Program-made: the position numbers and the translations under genes
From: Tolypothrix carrinoi HA7290-LM1
GTDB lineage: Bacteria; Cyanobacteriota; Cyanobacteriia; Cyanobacteriales; Nostocaceae
Assembly: GCA_019358935.1 (NCBI GenBank)
Contig: JAHHIK010000032.1
Span: forward strand, 1 to 64,000
Direction: 5' to 3'
Length of the DNA stretch: 64,000 nt
Part shown: positions 1 through 10,115 of the stretch, piece by piece
How the letters are laid out: each line of letters starts with the position of its first letter
Position numbering within the stretch: position 1 is the first letter of the stretch
Notes under the pieces: generated by a model
Databases searched by the model: none
What the model was told of the DNA's origin: nothing
The model's input: only the letters and a program-made list of their open reading frames with translations

Positions 1-3000
1 GGCGAGCAATTATCACCAGCGTCAGTAAGGATTGTAAGTACTAACACTAATAATAGTTTGAGTACCAGTACCTCCAATGGTCGGGCTGGCGATATTTCCA
101 TACAAGCTACTGGTTTAGTAGAATTTGTGGATAATGACTTGTTTAGCAATGTGCTAAGTGGAGCGCAAAATGGTCAGGCAGGTAATATCAACATCAAAGC
201 TGGCTCGCTTTCTTTGCTCAATGGAGCACAACTGCAATCTAGTGTTGATGAAGGTGGGCAAGGAAATGCCGGTAATGTGACGATTGATGTTCCAGATGGT
301 ACTGTTAGGATTGCTGGTCGCAATTCACGTGGAAATCCTAGTGGTATTTTTAACAATGTACAGTCAACAGCCAGCGGTGATGCGGGCAATATTACCATCA
401 ATGCGGCTTCTATCTTCACTGATGACGCTTCATTAATAACGACAAATGCAGGTACTGGAATTGCAGGAGATATCACTCTCAATGCTCGCGATCAAATTTC
501 CATCGCAGAAAGTCGAATCTCGGCTCGAGGAAATCAGGGGGGGATTTTCATTGGCGAGCAATTATCACCAGCGTCAGTAAGGATTGTAAGTACTAACACT
601 AATAATAGTTTGAGTACCAGTACCTCCAATGGTCGGGCTGGCGATATTTCCATACAAGCTACTGGTTTAGTAGAATTTGATGGCAATAACTTGTTTAGCA
701 ACGTGCTAAGTGGAGCGCAAAATGGTCAGGCAGGTGACATCACTATCAAAGCTGGCTCGCTTTCTTTGCTCAATGGTGCACAAGTGCAATCTAATGTTGA
801 TGAAGGTGGGCAGGGAAATGCCGGTAATGTGACGCTTCGGTCAGAAAATGGAGATATCTCGCTTGCTGGTGGGAGTATCATCTTCAGTACGGTGGAGTCT
901 GGAGGAACGGGCAATGCCGGGAAAATTGATGTTACTACCAGAAATCTTTCCCTGACTGGTGGTTCTCAACTGCAAACTTTAGTTCGCGCTGGTGGACAAC
1001 AGGGTAATGCTGGTAACATTACCGTTCAAGCTAGTGGCACTGTTAGGATTGCTGGTCGCCAACCAGGTGGAAATTGTAGTGGTATTTTTAGCGAAGTGCA
1101 GTCAGGAGCCAGCGGGAATGCAGGCAATATTACCATCAACGCCGGTTCTATTTTCACTGATGACGCTTTATTAAGAGCGAGAAATACAGGGAATGGATCT
1201 GCCGGCAATATATCACTACAAGTTGGTGACGCGATCGCTTTCACAAATCGTACTGAAATCAGTTCCAGCATCTTTGGCACAGGAAATGCAGGCAATGTGA
1301 CGCTTCGGACAGAAAATGGAGATATCTCGCTTGCTGGTAGTAACATTTTCAGTACGGTGGATTCTGGAGGAATGGGCAATGCAGGGAAAATTGATATTAT
1401 CACCAGAAATCTTTCCCTAACTGATGGTTCTCAACTGCAAACTTTAGTTCGCGCCGGGGAACAGAGTAATGCTGGTAACATTACCGTTCAAGCTAGTGGC
1501 ACTGTTAGGATTGCTGGTCGCCAACCAGGTGGAAATCGTAGTGGTATTTTTAGCGAAGTGCAGTCAGGAGCCAGCGGTAATGCGGGCAATATCACCATCA
1601 ACGCTAGTTCTATCTTCACTGATGACGCTTTATTAAGAGCGAGAAATGCAGGTACTGGATCTGCCGGCGATATATCACTACAAGTTGGTGACGCGATCGC
1701 TTTCACAAATCGTACTGAAATCAGTTCCAGCATCTCTGGCACAGGAAATGCAGGCAATGTGACGCTTCGGACAGAAAATGGAGATATCTCGCTTGCTGGT
1801 AGGAGTTTGATCTTCAGTACTGTGGAGTCTGGAGGAACGGGCAATGCAGGGAAAATTGATGTTACTACCGGAAATCTTACCCTGACTGATGGTTCTCAAC
1901 TGCAAACTTTAGTTCGTGCTCGACAACAGGGTAATGCTGATAACATTACTGCTAATGCTGGTAACATTACCGTTCAAGCTAGTGGCACTGTTAGAATTGC
2001 TGGTCGCGATTCATCACAAGAAAATCCAAATCCTAGTGGTATTTTTAGCACTTTGGGGTCAGGAGTCAGTGGTGATGGGGGCAATATTACCATCAACGCT
2101 GGTTCTATCTTCACTGATGACGCTTCATTGAGAACGACAAATGCAGGTACTGGATCTGCCGGAAGTATCACTCTCAATGCCCGCGACCAAGTTTCTATCC
2201 TCAACAGTAGAGTATTTAGCGATGGCGATTCAGGATTCATTTTTATTGGTCGTCAATCAGGCACAACAGATAACCTATCTCTCATACCCAATCGTATTAA
2301 TATCGATAACTCCACGGTGAGTGCTACTAATAATTCTAGTAGTGGAATTGCAGGAGATATTGCGCTAAATGCCCGTGACCAAGTTTCACTAAACCAAAGT
2401 ACGATTCGGAGCAATGGAAACCGTGGGCGAATCTTTATTGGCAAAAATGACATTTATGGAGACAGAACTTCCTCACCCAGAGTAATAAAGCTCGAAGGTT
2501 CTTTTTTAAATACGACAAATCAGAATATTACAGGTGCTCGCAATACCCCATTCAATGCTGGGGATATATCGATTGATGCTATCGACAGTATTTCGCTAAA
2601 CAATCAGTCTTTTATCCAAGCTTTTACTGAGCGTAGAGGAGATGCTGGTAATGTGACGCTTCGGGCAGAAAATGGAGATATCTCGCTTGCTGGTGGGAGT
2701 GACATCTTCAGTACGGTGGAGTCTGGAGGAACGGGCAATGCCGGCGCAATTGATGTTACCACCAGAAATCTTACCCTGACTGATGGTGCCCAACTGCAAA
2801 CTTTAGTTCGCGCCGGACAACGGGGTAATGCTGGTAACATTACCGTTCAGGCTAGTGGCACTGTTAGGATTGCTGGTCGCAATTCACAAGGAAATAGAAA
2901 TTATAGCGGAATATTTGTCACTAGTACTGGTACGGGACAGGGCGGTAATCTATCCATTACGGGAAATAGCTTAACCCTCGATCGCGGAATTCTCAGTGCC

Positions 3001-3747
3001 TCAACTGCCTCAGCTGACGGTGGTAACATCAATTTGAGATTACGCAACTTTTTGCGGTTGCAAAATGAAAGTCTCATTTCTGCCAACGCAGGCGGTCAAC
3101 AAAATGGGGGAAACGGTGGTAACATCGCAATCGATACGCCATTCATTGTCGCTTTTCCTCAAAATAACGACATTACCGCTAATGCTGTGAGTGGTAGCGG
3201 TGGACAAGTCAGAACTAATGCTACTCTGTTTGGTATAGTTCCTCGTACTCGCGCAGACCTTGAGAGACTGGGTGTTCCTTCTTTAAATCCGAGAAATCTA
3301 CCTACAAGTGACATCACTGCCTTTTCCCAACAAAATTCCTCGTTTGGTGATAACGTACAAGTGACTTCCCCAGATGTTGACCCCAGTCGCGGGTTAGTTG
3401 AATTACCAGAAACTGTCACCGATCGCACACAACAAATTGCTCAAAGTCCTTGTCAACAAGGTTTCGGCAATGAATTTGTTGTCACCGGACGCGGTGGTTT
3501 ACCAACAACTCCCAATCAAACTCTCAGCAGTGATAATGTTCGTGTTGATTTGCTACAACCTGTCGCAAGTTCGGGCAATTCTCGTAGTGCAACTATAAAA
3601 CCAGCAACCAATTCTACCGCAACCCGCGTACCTGCTCAAGGATGGATATTTAACGATAAAGGTCAGGTAGTTCTCACTGCATACGATCCTACCAATACTG
3701 GCTCTCAACGTTCTTGGCGATCGGCTGCTGCTTGTCCTGCGCGTTAA
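1..3747 (+). CDS. Filamentous haemagglutinin-like repeat exoprotein (5'-truncated by window)
   Basis: Frame is open from base 1. It has many G/N-rich beta-helix repeats (GNAGNITI, LSLTDGSQL) and a cyanobacterial FHA/S-layer-family C-terminus (FVVTGRGGLP...AQGWIFN...G.VVLTA). Confidence 0.85.
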   Translation, partial: GEQLSPASVRIVSTNTNNSLSTSTSNGRAGDISIQATGLVEFVDNDLFSNVLSGAQNGQAGNINIKAGSLSLLNGAQLQSSVDEGGQGNAGNVTIDVPDGTVRIAGRNSRGNPSGIFNNVQSTASGDAGNITINAASIFTDDASLITTNAGTGIAGDITLNARDQISIAESRISARGNQGGIFIGEQLSPASVRIVSTNTNNSLSTSTSNGRAGDISIQATGLVEFDGNNLFSNVLSGAQNGQAGDITIKAGSLSLLNGAQVQSNVDEGGQGNAGNVTLRSENGDISLAGGSIIFSTVESGGTGNAGKIDVTTRNLSLTGGSQLQTLVRAGGQQGNAGNITVQASGTVRIAGRQPGGNCSGIFSEVQSGASGNAGNITINAGSIFTDDALLRARNTGNGSAGNISLQVGDAIAFTNRTEISSSIFGTGNAGNVTLRTENGDISLAGSNIFSTVDSGGMGNAGKIDIITRNLSLTDGSQLQTLVRAGEQSNAGNITVQASGTVRIAGRQPGGNRSGIFSEVQSGASGNAGNITINASSIFTDDALLRARNAGTGSAGDISLQVGDAIAFTNRTEISSSISGTGNAGNVTLRTENGDISLAGRSLIFSTVESGGTGNAGKIDVTTGNLTLTDGSQLQTLVRARQQGNADNITANAGNITVQASGTVRIAGRDSSQENPNPSGIFSTLGSGVSGDGGNITINAGSIFTDDASLRTTNAGTGSAGSITLNARDQVSILNSRVFSDGDSGFIFIGRQSGTTDNLSLIPNRINIDNSTVSATNNSSSGIAGDIALNARDQVSLNQSTIRSNGNRGRIFIGKNDIYGDRTSSPRVIKLEGSFLNTTNQNITGARNTPFNAGDISIDAIDSISLNNQSFIQAFTERRGDAGNVTLRAENGDISLAGGSDIFSTVESGGTGNAGAIDVTTRNLTLTDGAQLQTLVRAGQRGNAGNITVQASGTVRIAGRNSQGNRNYSGIFVTSTGTGQGGNLSITGNSLTLDRGILSASTASADGGNINLRLRNFLRLQNESLISANAGGQQNGGNGGNIAIDTPFIVAFPQNNDITANAVSGSGGQVRTNATLFGIVPRTRADLERLGVPSLNPRNLPTSDITAFSQQNSSFGDNVQVTSPDVDPSRGLVELPETVTDRTQQIAQSPCQQGFGNEFVVTGRGGLPTTPNQTLSSDNVRVDLLQPVASSGNSRSATIKPATNSTATRVPAQGWIFNDKGQVVLTAYDPTNTGSQRSWRSAAACPAR

Positions 3748-3814
3748 TATTTTTTGACAATTTTCTTGACAAAAAAAGGTTAATTTGGTATCAGACATAA
3801 AAAGGTAATATGAT

Positions 3815-6169
3815 ATGGAACAGAGTTGGAAAACACTCTTTCTGTTAACCTTACCCCTAACGACGTGTTGCACCTTTGGTTTGATAACCACCGTTAGAGC
3901 GCAACAAGTTTCCCCTGATGGAACATTATCTACCACTGTTACCAGCCCGGATAACTTAAATTTCACCATCAATGATGGCAATCGAGTTGAAGGAAACCTT
4001 TTTCACAGCTTCAGAGAATTTTCTGTCCCCAATAATGGTTCGGCTGTTTTCCAAAATCCTTTGGATGTGCAAAATATTATCAACCGTGTGACCGGAGGTT
4101 CTTTATCTCAAATTAATGGTTTGATTCAAACCCAAGGTAGCGCGAACTTATTTTTACTCAATCCGGCTGGTATTTTCTTTGGACAAAATGCTCGTTTAAA
4201 TATTGGTGGTTCATTTTTTGCCACTACCGCTGATAGTTTGTTATTTGATAACGGATTTGAATTTAGCGCAACCAATCCTATCGCACCACCATTATTAACT
4301 GTGAATATTCCCGTTGGTTTGCGATTTCGAGATAACCCCGGAGAAATTCGCGTGCAGGGTTTTGGTAACAATCTCAGCTTTAATTCTGATTTTACCTTTA
4401 CAAGAGAATCAACTCCTCCCCCCGGTCTTGCAGTCAAACCCGGTAAAACTCTCGCTCTTGTAGGGGGTGGTGTGAACCTGGAAGGAGGAAATTTAATCGC
4501 TGATAGTGGCAGAATTGAAGTTGGAAGTGTCGCTGGTTCTGGTGTAGTCAGTTTGACACCGATAGACAAAGGTTGGCAGTTGGGATATGAGAATGTGTCT
4601 TCTTTGCGGGACATCTTTCTGTCTGGAAAGGCATCAATAGACACTAGTAGCAATGCAGGTGCTGGAGATATTCAAGTACAAGGTAGAAACGTCAAACTGA
4701 CCGATGGTTCCGCGATTTTTGCTTTTACTGGTTCTCAAGCAGGGGGAACTGTTAGCGTCAATGCCTCAGACACTTTGGAAGTTATCGGCACGGGAGTATC
4801 AGAAAAAGGTTTGGGTTTGGTTCCCAGCACTTTATATACAGCCGTCTCCCCAAATGGGGAGGGTACTGGAGGTAATTTAATTCTGCGAACTAGGCAGTTT
4901 ATCCAACGCGGTGGTTCACAGGTCGGATCGGATACTTATGGTGTTGGCACTGCTGGTAACACAATTGTCAACGCTTCTGAATCTGTGACACTAAATGGCA
5001 CATCAGACAATGGTGTTATTCCCACTGCTTTAGGTACTGTCGTGCAGGGAGGAGCAAGCGGTAATGGTGCTAGGTTAACTGTAGAAACAAAACGGCTTCG
5101 GGTAGAAGATGGGGCACAATTAGTAACTTTTACTTTCAGCCAAGGAAACGCAGCTTCCTTAGTTCTAAATGCTTCTGAGTCAACGGATGTGATTGGTTCC
5201 TCACAAGATGGTACTTGGAAAAGTGCCATATCTAGTAGTGCCTTTGCAGATACAACAGGTAATGGTGGTGCGATCAATTTGGAAACTGGAAAGTTAATTG
5301 TTCGCGATCGCGCTCTAATAACTGCAAGTAGTCAAGGTAGAGGAAATGCCGGCGATATTAACGTCAAATCTCGCTCTATTTTTTTGGATAATCAAGGAGC
5401 TATCACGGCAACAGCTGAGTTAGGAAATGGCGGAAATATCAACTTAAACGTGCAAGATTACTTGCGGATGCGGGGCAAAACTGAAATTTCTACTTCTGCT
5501 GGTGCAGACGGTAATGGTGGGAACATTTTGATTAATAATTTGCCCGATTACCGAGGGTTTGTCATTGCTGTACCTTCAGAAAATAACGATATCATCGCTA
5601 ATGCTTCCGAAGGTCGAGGAGGAAACATTATAATTAACTCTCCCCGCGTTTTTGGGCTAGTGGTACGTAGTCGAGCAGACCATGAGAGATTAGGTGTTAA
5701 AGATTTAGACCCAAGAAATCTATTTACTAGTGACATTACTGCTTTTTCGCAACAACAACCCGAATTAAATGGTACTGTTACCATTCAATCACCAGAAATT
5801 GACCCCAGTCGGGGGTTAGTTGAATTGCCAGAGACTGTCACAGATCCCAAGCAGCGAATTGCTCAAAGTCCTTGTCAACAAGGTTTCGGCAATGAATTTG
5901 TTGTCACCGGACGCGGTGGTTTACCAACAACTCCCAATCAAACTCTCAGCAGTGATAATGTTCGCGTTGATTTGCTACAACCTGTTGCCAGTTACGTCCA
6001 TTCTCGTAGTGCAACTATAAAACCAGCAACCAATTCTACCGCAACCCGCGTACCTGCTCAAGGATGGATATTTAACGATAAAGGTCAGGTAGTTCTTACA
6101 GCATACGATCCTACCAATACTGGTTCTCAACGTTCTTTTAGCACTGCTGCTGCTTGCCCTGCGCGTTAA
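3815..6169 (+). CDS. Filamentous haemagglutinin N-terminal (TPS) domain protein
   Basis: Signal peptide ending VRA-QQ; haemagglutination-activity domain motifs NLFHSFREFSV, NIINRVTGG and LFLLNPAGIFFG; same C-terminus as the upstream gene. Confidence 0.9.
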   Translation: MEQSWKTLFLLTLPLTTCCTFGLITTVRAQQVSPDGTLSTTVTSPDNLNFTINDGNRVEGNLFHSFREFSVPNNGSAVFQNPLDVQNIINRVTGGSLSQINGLIQTQGSANLFLLNPAGIFFGQNARLNIGGSFFATTADSLLFDNGFEFSATNPIAPPLLTVNIPVGLRFRDNPGEIRVQGFGNNLSFNSDFTFTRESTPPPGLAVKPGKTLALVGGGVNLEGGNLIADSGRIEVGSVAGSGVVSLTPIDKGWQLGYENVSSLRDIFLSGKASIDTSSNAGAGDIQVQGRNVKLTDGSAIFAFTGSQAGGTVSVNASDTLEVIGTGVSEKGLGLVPSTLYTAVSPNGEGTGGNLILRTRQFIQRGGSQVGSDTYGVGTAGNTIVNASESVTLNGTSDNGVIPTALGTVVQGGASGNGARLTVETKRLRVEDGAQLVTFTFSQGNAASLVLNASESTDVIGSSQDGTWKSAISSSAFADTTGNGGAINLETGKLIVRDRALITASSQGRGNAGDINVKSRSIFLDNQGAITATAELGNGGNINLNVQDYLRMRGKTEISTSAGADGNGGNILINNLPDYRGFVIAVPSENNDIIANASEGRGGNIIINSPRVFGLVVRSRADHERLGVKDLDPRNLFTSDITAFSQQQPELNGTVTIQSPEIDPSRGLVELPETVTDPKQRIAQSPCQQGFGNEFVVTGRGGLPTTPNQTLSSDNVRVDLLQPVASYVHSRSATIKPATNSTATRVPAQGWIFNDKGQVVLTAYDPTNTGSQRSFSTAAACPAR

Positions 6170-6443
6170 CATTTTTTTAAAATTTGTAGTAGGTACTTTA
6201 GTGCCTAAAATAAGCGCTTAAGCGCTTACTACGAGTTTATATTTATGTTTTTCGTGTAACAGTTGCGTAAGTTCTATAGGAATCCTCCAAAGATTATTGA
6301 AAAAATCTAAGTACGTGTAGGGTCCGGCTTATTAGGGTGTGGATTTTCATCCCCTACGTATATTTCAAAAATCAAATATGATTCCTATATGTTTGAGATC
6401 GTGTCAGATTTATGACTAAAGTCGAATTTAATAAGCATTTAGG

Positions 6444-6672
6444 CATTTGACTTTCTCAAAATGCCATTTGACTTACTCATTTCGGTGTTTTCCGCAAGCA
6501 AAATCAGCTTTTACTTTCTCAAACCCCAGTTTGCTTTCTCATTTCGGTGTTTTCCGCAAGCAAAATGAGCTTTTACTTTCTCAAAATGCCATTTGACTTT
6601 CTCATTTTGGTGTTTTCCGTAAGCAAAATGAGCTTTGACTTTCTCAAAATGTCATATTGCTTTCTCATTTTC
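6444..6672. repeat. Tandem repeat, 62-63 bp period built from 21-bp subunits (~3.5 copies)
   Basis: CTCATTT(C/T)GGTGTTTTCCG recurs at 6476, 6538 and 6601, with a partial copy at 6664; ACTTTCTCAAAATG subunits lie between them. Confidence 0.85.
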
Positions 6673-6710
6673 CTTCATTCACGCAGTCATCACAACTATT
6701 GAAAGAGGCA

Positions 6711-6794
6711 CTGCTGCTTGTCCTGGGCGTTAATATTTTTTGACATTTTTATTGACAATAAAAAGATAATCTGGTATCAGACCTAAAAAGGTAA
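6711..6794 (+). repeat. Duplicated FHA 3' end plus intergenic/promoter segment (copy of 3725-3808)
   Basis: CTGCTGCTTGTCCTG.GCGTTAATATTTTTTGACA...TTGACAA...TGGTATCAGAC.TAAAAAGGTAA is present at both sites. Confidence 0.85.
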
Positions 6795-6909
6795 GTACGA
6801 TGTCGCAGATAATAAGAGTTTGGATTTCATACCTCAATTGAGCAACGCCTTTTTTTGAATGCTGTGATGAAAGTAAATCATCTTTATAAGTTGACAGGAG
6901 AAATAAAGC

Positions 6910-9900
6910 GTGTATAAAAAGTCTGGATTTAATCGAAAATTGAAGAGTTTTATCGAAAGAATATATAAGAGGATATTTGGAAAGTCGCTAAACCCCTCTC
7001 CAAACCTCTCACGCCAGGTGCTACAACGGGGGGAACCCCCGCAACGCACTGGCTCCCCCACAGGGAGAGAGGCTTTGAAACCCCCCTTCCCTCATAGGGA
7101 AGGGGGGAGAGGGGGGTTAGGTTCCAAGGGTTTTAAAGTCTCAGGTCAGACTTTGCCAAAATCCTCTAAAAAGCGATCGCTCACCACAAATCGCAAAGTG
7201 TCTCCGCTCTTTCTCGCAGCTTTGTTATTTATCCTCTCAGCTGCAATCTCACCTGCGATCGCTAAAGTTCCTTCATCAACTTTTATTGTCCAAAGTCCGC
7301 AGAATGCCCAGCAGCAAGCCAACAAAGCTATTCAATTATATCGTGATGGAAAATTCATAGAAGCGGCTGCGGCATGGAAATTAACAGCTAATGTTTTTCT
7401 GGCTCAAGGTGATAGATTAAATCAAGCAATGGCCTTGAGTAATCTCTCTTTGACTTATCAACAATTAGGACAATGGGAACAAGCATCTGATGCGATCGCC
7501 CAAAGTTTACAAATTCTCAAAACCCAACCAGAAAATAAGGAAAAACTTGAAATCCAAGCTCAAAGTTTAGATGTTTTCGGTTCTTTGCAAAGAGAAATAG
7601 GACAATCGGCAAACGCTCTCAACTCTTGGCAAGAAGCTGCTAATATTTATGGCAAAATTAATCAACCTTTGAAAGTTGCCCAAAGCAAGATAAATCAAAC
7701 TCAAGCAATGCAAGATTTAGGTCTTTATCCTCGCGCTTGCAAAACTTTATTAGAAGTATTCAATAAACAGATTGAACAAGTGACAACTTGTCAAGAGTTA
7801 GGTCAATTAAGTAAAGAAAACTTAACTCAAAAGCTGAAAAAATTTGACAATGAATCTCCCTCTATAACTGTAGCGGTGGGATTAAGAAGCCTTGGGGAAG
7901 TGCTACGATTAGTAGATCAGCCACAGCAGTCAGAAATCATTTTGGCAACAAGTTTAAATCTAGCTGAAAAATTGCGTTCTCCTCAAGACATAGCTGCTAC
8001 TTATTTAAGTATAGGCAACACTGCACGAGAAATAGCTGAAAGAGAACCAGTTCGCAGCATCAGAGAGAATTACGAACAAAAAGCATTATTATCTTATGGT
8101 AACGTCATAAAGTTGTCTCCATCGCCAATGATACGGCAGCAAGCACAACTGAATCAACTAAATTTGTTGCTGAAACTTGAGCAAGTGTCAGCAACAGAAG
8201 AATTATGGCGATCGCTTAATTCTCAATTGACTAGCTTATCCCCCAGTCGTACCGGAGTATACCAGCAAATCAACTTTGCTCAAACTTTTATTAACTCAGC
8301 TCAAACCAAAAAATTGACGCTGGGTGCTAATTCTCAACTGCCAACTTTCAACGACATTGATAAAATCTTAGCTAGAGCTACAGAACAAGCCAGAAGTTTA
8401 GGAGACAAACGAGCTGAAGCTTATGCATTAGGAAATCGTGGTGGACTGTATGAACTAACTGAAGCAACACCACAGACACAAGCCGAAAAATTTACTCAAC
8501 AGGCTTTGAGTATAGTTTCAAATTTTGAAGCCCCAGACATAGCTTACCAATTTTTCTGGCAATTAGGAAGAATACGTAAAAATCAAGAAAATATAGAAGA
8601 TGCGATCGCTGCTTACACCAAAGCTTATAATGCTCTTCAATCATTACGCGGTGATTTAGTTGCTAACAATGCAGAACTACAGTTTTCTTTTCGCGATAGT
8701 GTCGAACCAATTTACCGAGAGTTAGTTGATTTAGACTTACAATATGCTGCTAGTTTGAATAAACAATTAAAGAATGACAAAAGCCAAAAATTGCTAATTC
8801 AAGCTCGTGATGTAATTGAATCTTTGCAAGTAGCTGAACTCAACAACTTTTTTCGAGAAGCGTGTGTAGAAGGAAATGCAAAACAGATTGATAAAGTAGA
8901 TAAAACAGCAGCGGTTATTTATCCAATAATTTTGGGCGATCGCTTAGAGGTTATTCTCAGCCTACCTAATCAACCTTTAAGCCTTCATACAAAACAAATT
9001 TCTCGACCAGCTTTTGAGGAAACTGTAGAAAAGGTGCAGCGTTCTTTGCTAACTCCTGACAGTATAGTAGAAGGTTTTTTACCTGAATACCAACAATTAT
9101 ATAACTGGCTGATTCAACCATTAGAAAAGGAATTAGCAACAAGTAAAGTCAGTAACTTAGTTTTTGTCTTGGATGGTGAGTTGCGGAATATCCCAATGTC
9201 TATCCTTTATGATGGCAATAAATATCTCATAGAAAAGTATCCGATTGCTGTAACTTCTGGTTTGCAACTAATCGAACCAAAACCGTTAGCTGAGATTAAT
9301 TTAAGAGCATTAACAGCCGGATTAAGCCAAGTTAGCAAAGAATTTACAGGACAATTTAAGCCATTAATATACGTAGAAGAAGAACTCAAACAAATTAAAA
9401 ACTCTGGAATTCCATCTCAGCCGATCCTCAACGCTCAATTCACCAGCAAAGAATTCAAAAAAGAGATTGTTGGTTCTGGTTTTCCTATAGTTCATCTAGC
9501 TACTCATGGTCAGTTTAGTTCTAAAGCTGAAGATACCTTTATTCTTGCCTGGGATAGCCGGATTAATGTTATCGACTTTGGTAACTTATTAAGAAACAGC
9601 ACATTTAATCAGGGTAGACCAATCGAATTATTAGTTCTCTCTGCCTGCGAGACAGCTAGTGGAGACGAACGCGCTGCTTTAGGATTGGCTGGTGTAGCAG
9701 TGCGAGCTGGTGCTAGGAGTACCCTAGCAACACTTTGGTCAGTAGAAGATAAAAGTACTGCCAAAATCATGGGTGAATTGTATCGTCAGTTAGAGCAAGC
9801 TAAACAAAAGAAAATAAATAGAGCGCAAGTACTGCAAAATTCACAATTGAGTCTGCTAAAAGATTTGAAAGAAACGAAATACAATCATCCTCATTACTGG

Positions 9901-9933
9901 GCGCCTTTTGTTCTGGTGGGGAATTGGCAATAG
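6910..9933 (+). CDS. TPR + CHAT (caspase HetF associated with TPRs) domain protein, probably exported; start uncertain
   Basis: Catalytic motifs VHLATHGQF and LLVLSACETA; C-terminal HPHYWAPFVLVGNW; TPR-like N-half; hydrophobic signal LFLAALLFILSAAISPAIA. Confidence 0.9.
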   Translation: MYKKSGFNRKLKSFIERIYKRIFGKSLNPSPNLSRQVLQRGEPPQRTGSPTGREALKPPFPHREGGRGGLGSKGFKVSGQTLPKSSKKRSLTTNRKVSPLFLAALLFILSAAISPAIAKVPSSTFIVQSPQNAQQQANKAIQLYRDGKFIEAAAAWKLTANVFLAQGDRLNQAMALSNLSLTYQQLGQWEQASDAIAQSLQILKTQPENKEKLEIQAQSLDVFGSLQREIGQSANALNSWQEAANIYGKINQPLKVAQSKINQTQAMQDLGLYPRACKTLLEVFNKQIEQVTTCQELGQLSKENLTQKLKKFDNESPSITVAVGLRSLGEVLRLVDQPQQSEIILATSLNLAEKLRSPQDIAATYLSIGNTAREIAEREPVRSIRENYEQKALLSYGNVIKLSPSPMIRQQAQLNQLNLLLKLEQVSATEELWRSLNSQLTSLSPSRTGVYQQINFAQTFINSAQTKKLTLGANSQLPTFNDIDKILARATEQARSLGDKRAEAYALGNRGGLYELTEATPQTQAEKFTQQALSIVSNFEAPDIAYQFFWQLGRIRKNQENIEDAIAAYTKAYNALQSLRGDLVANNAELQFSFRDSVEPIYRELVDLDLQYAASLNKQLKNDKSQKLLIQARDVIESLQVAELNNFFREACVEGNAKQIDKVDKTAAVIYPIILGDRLEVILSLPNQPLSLHTKQISRPAFEETVEKVQRSLLTPDSIVEGFLPEYQQLYNWLIQPLEKELATSKVSNLVFVLDGELRNIPMSILYDGNKYLIEKYPIAVTSGLQLIEPKPLAEINLRALTAGLSQVSKEFTGQFKPLIYVEEELKQIKNSGIPSQPILNAQFTSKEFKKEIVGSGFPIVHLATHGQFSSKAEDTFILAWDSRINVIDFGNLLRNSTFNQGRPIELLVLSACETASGDERAALGLAGVAVRAGARSTLATLWSVEDKSTAKIMGELYRQLEQAKQKKINRAQVLQNSQLSLLKDLKETKYNHPHYWAPFVLVGNWQ

Positions 9934-10115
9934 TTGCACCAAATGTAGCGAATTCCTGGTAGAGACGTAGCACTGCTACGTCTCTATCTACATCATATGT
10001 AATCTACCGGACATGATATAAGTACACTAAAATTAGTGTAGGGTGCCGTACTCTCGCTGCTAACGCACCCTACAATTTAATTTTCTTAGAGGATGTCTGA
10101 GAAGTATCGTTTTTG

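Noticed and set aside
174..6172. Many antisense ORFs over the FHA genes
   Set aside because: Shadow frames of repetitive, codon-biased genes.
6444..6672. CRISPR array
   Set aside because: The units are tandem near-copies with no unique spacers, and there are no cas genes.
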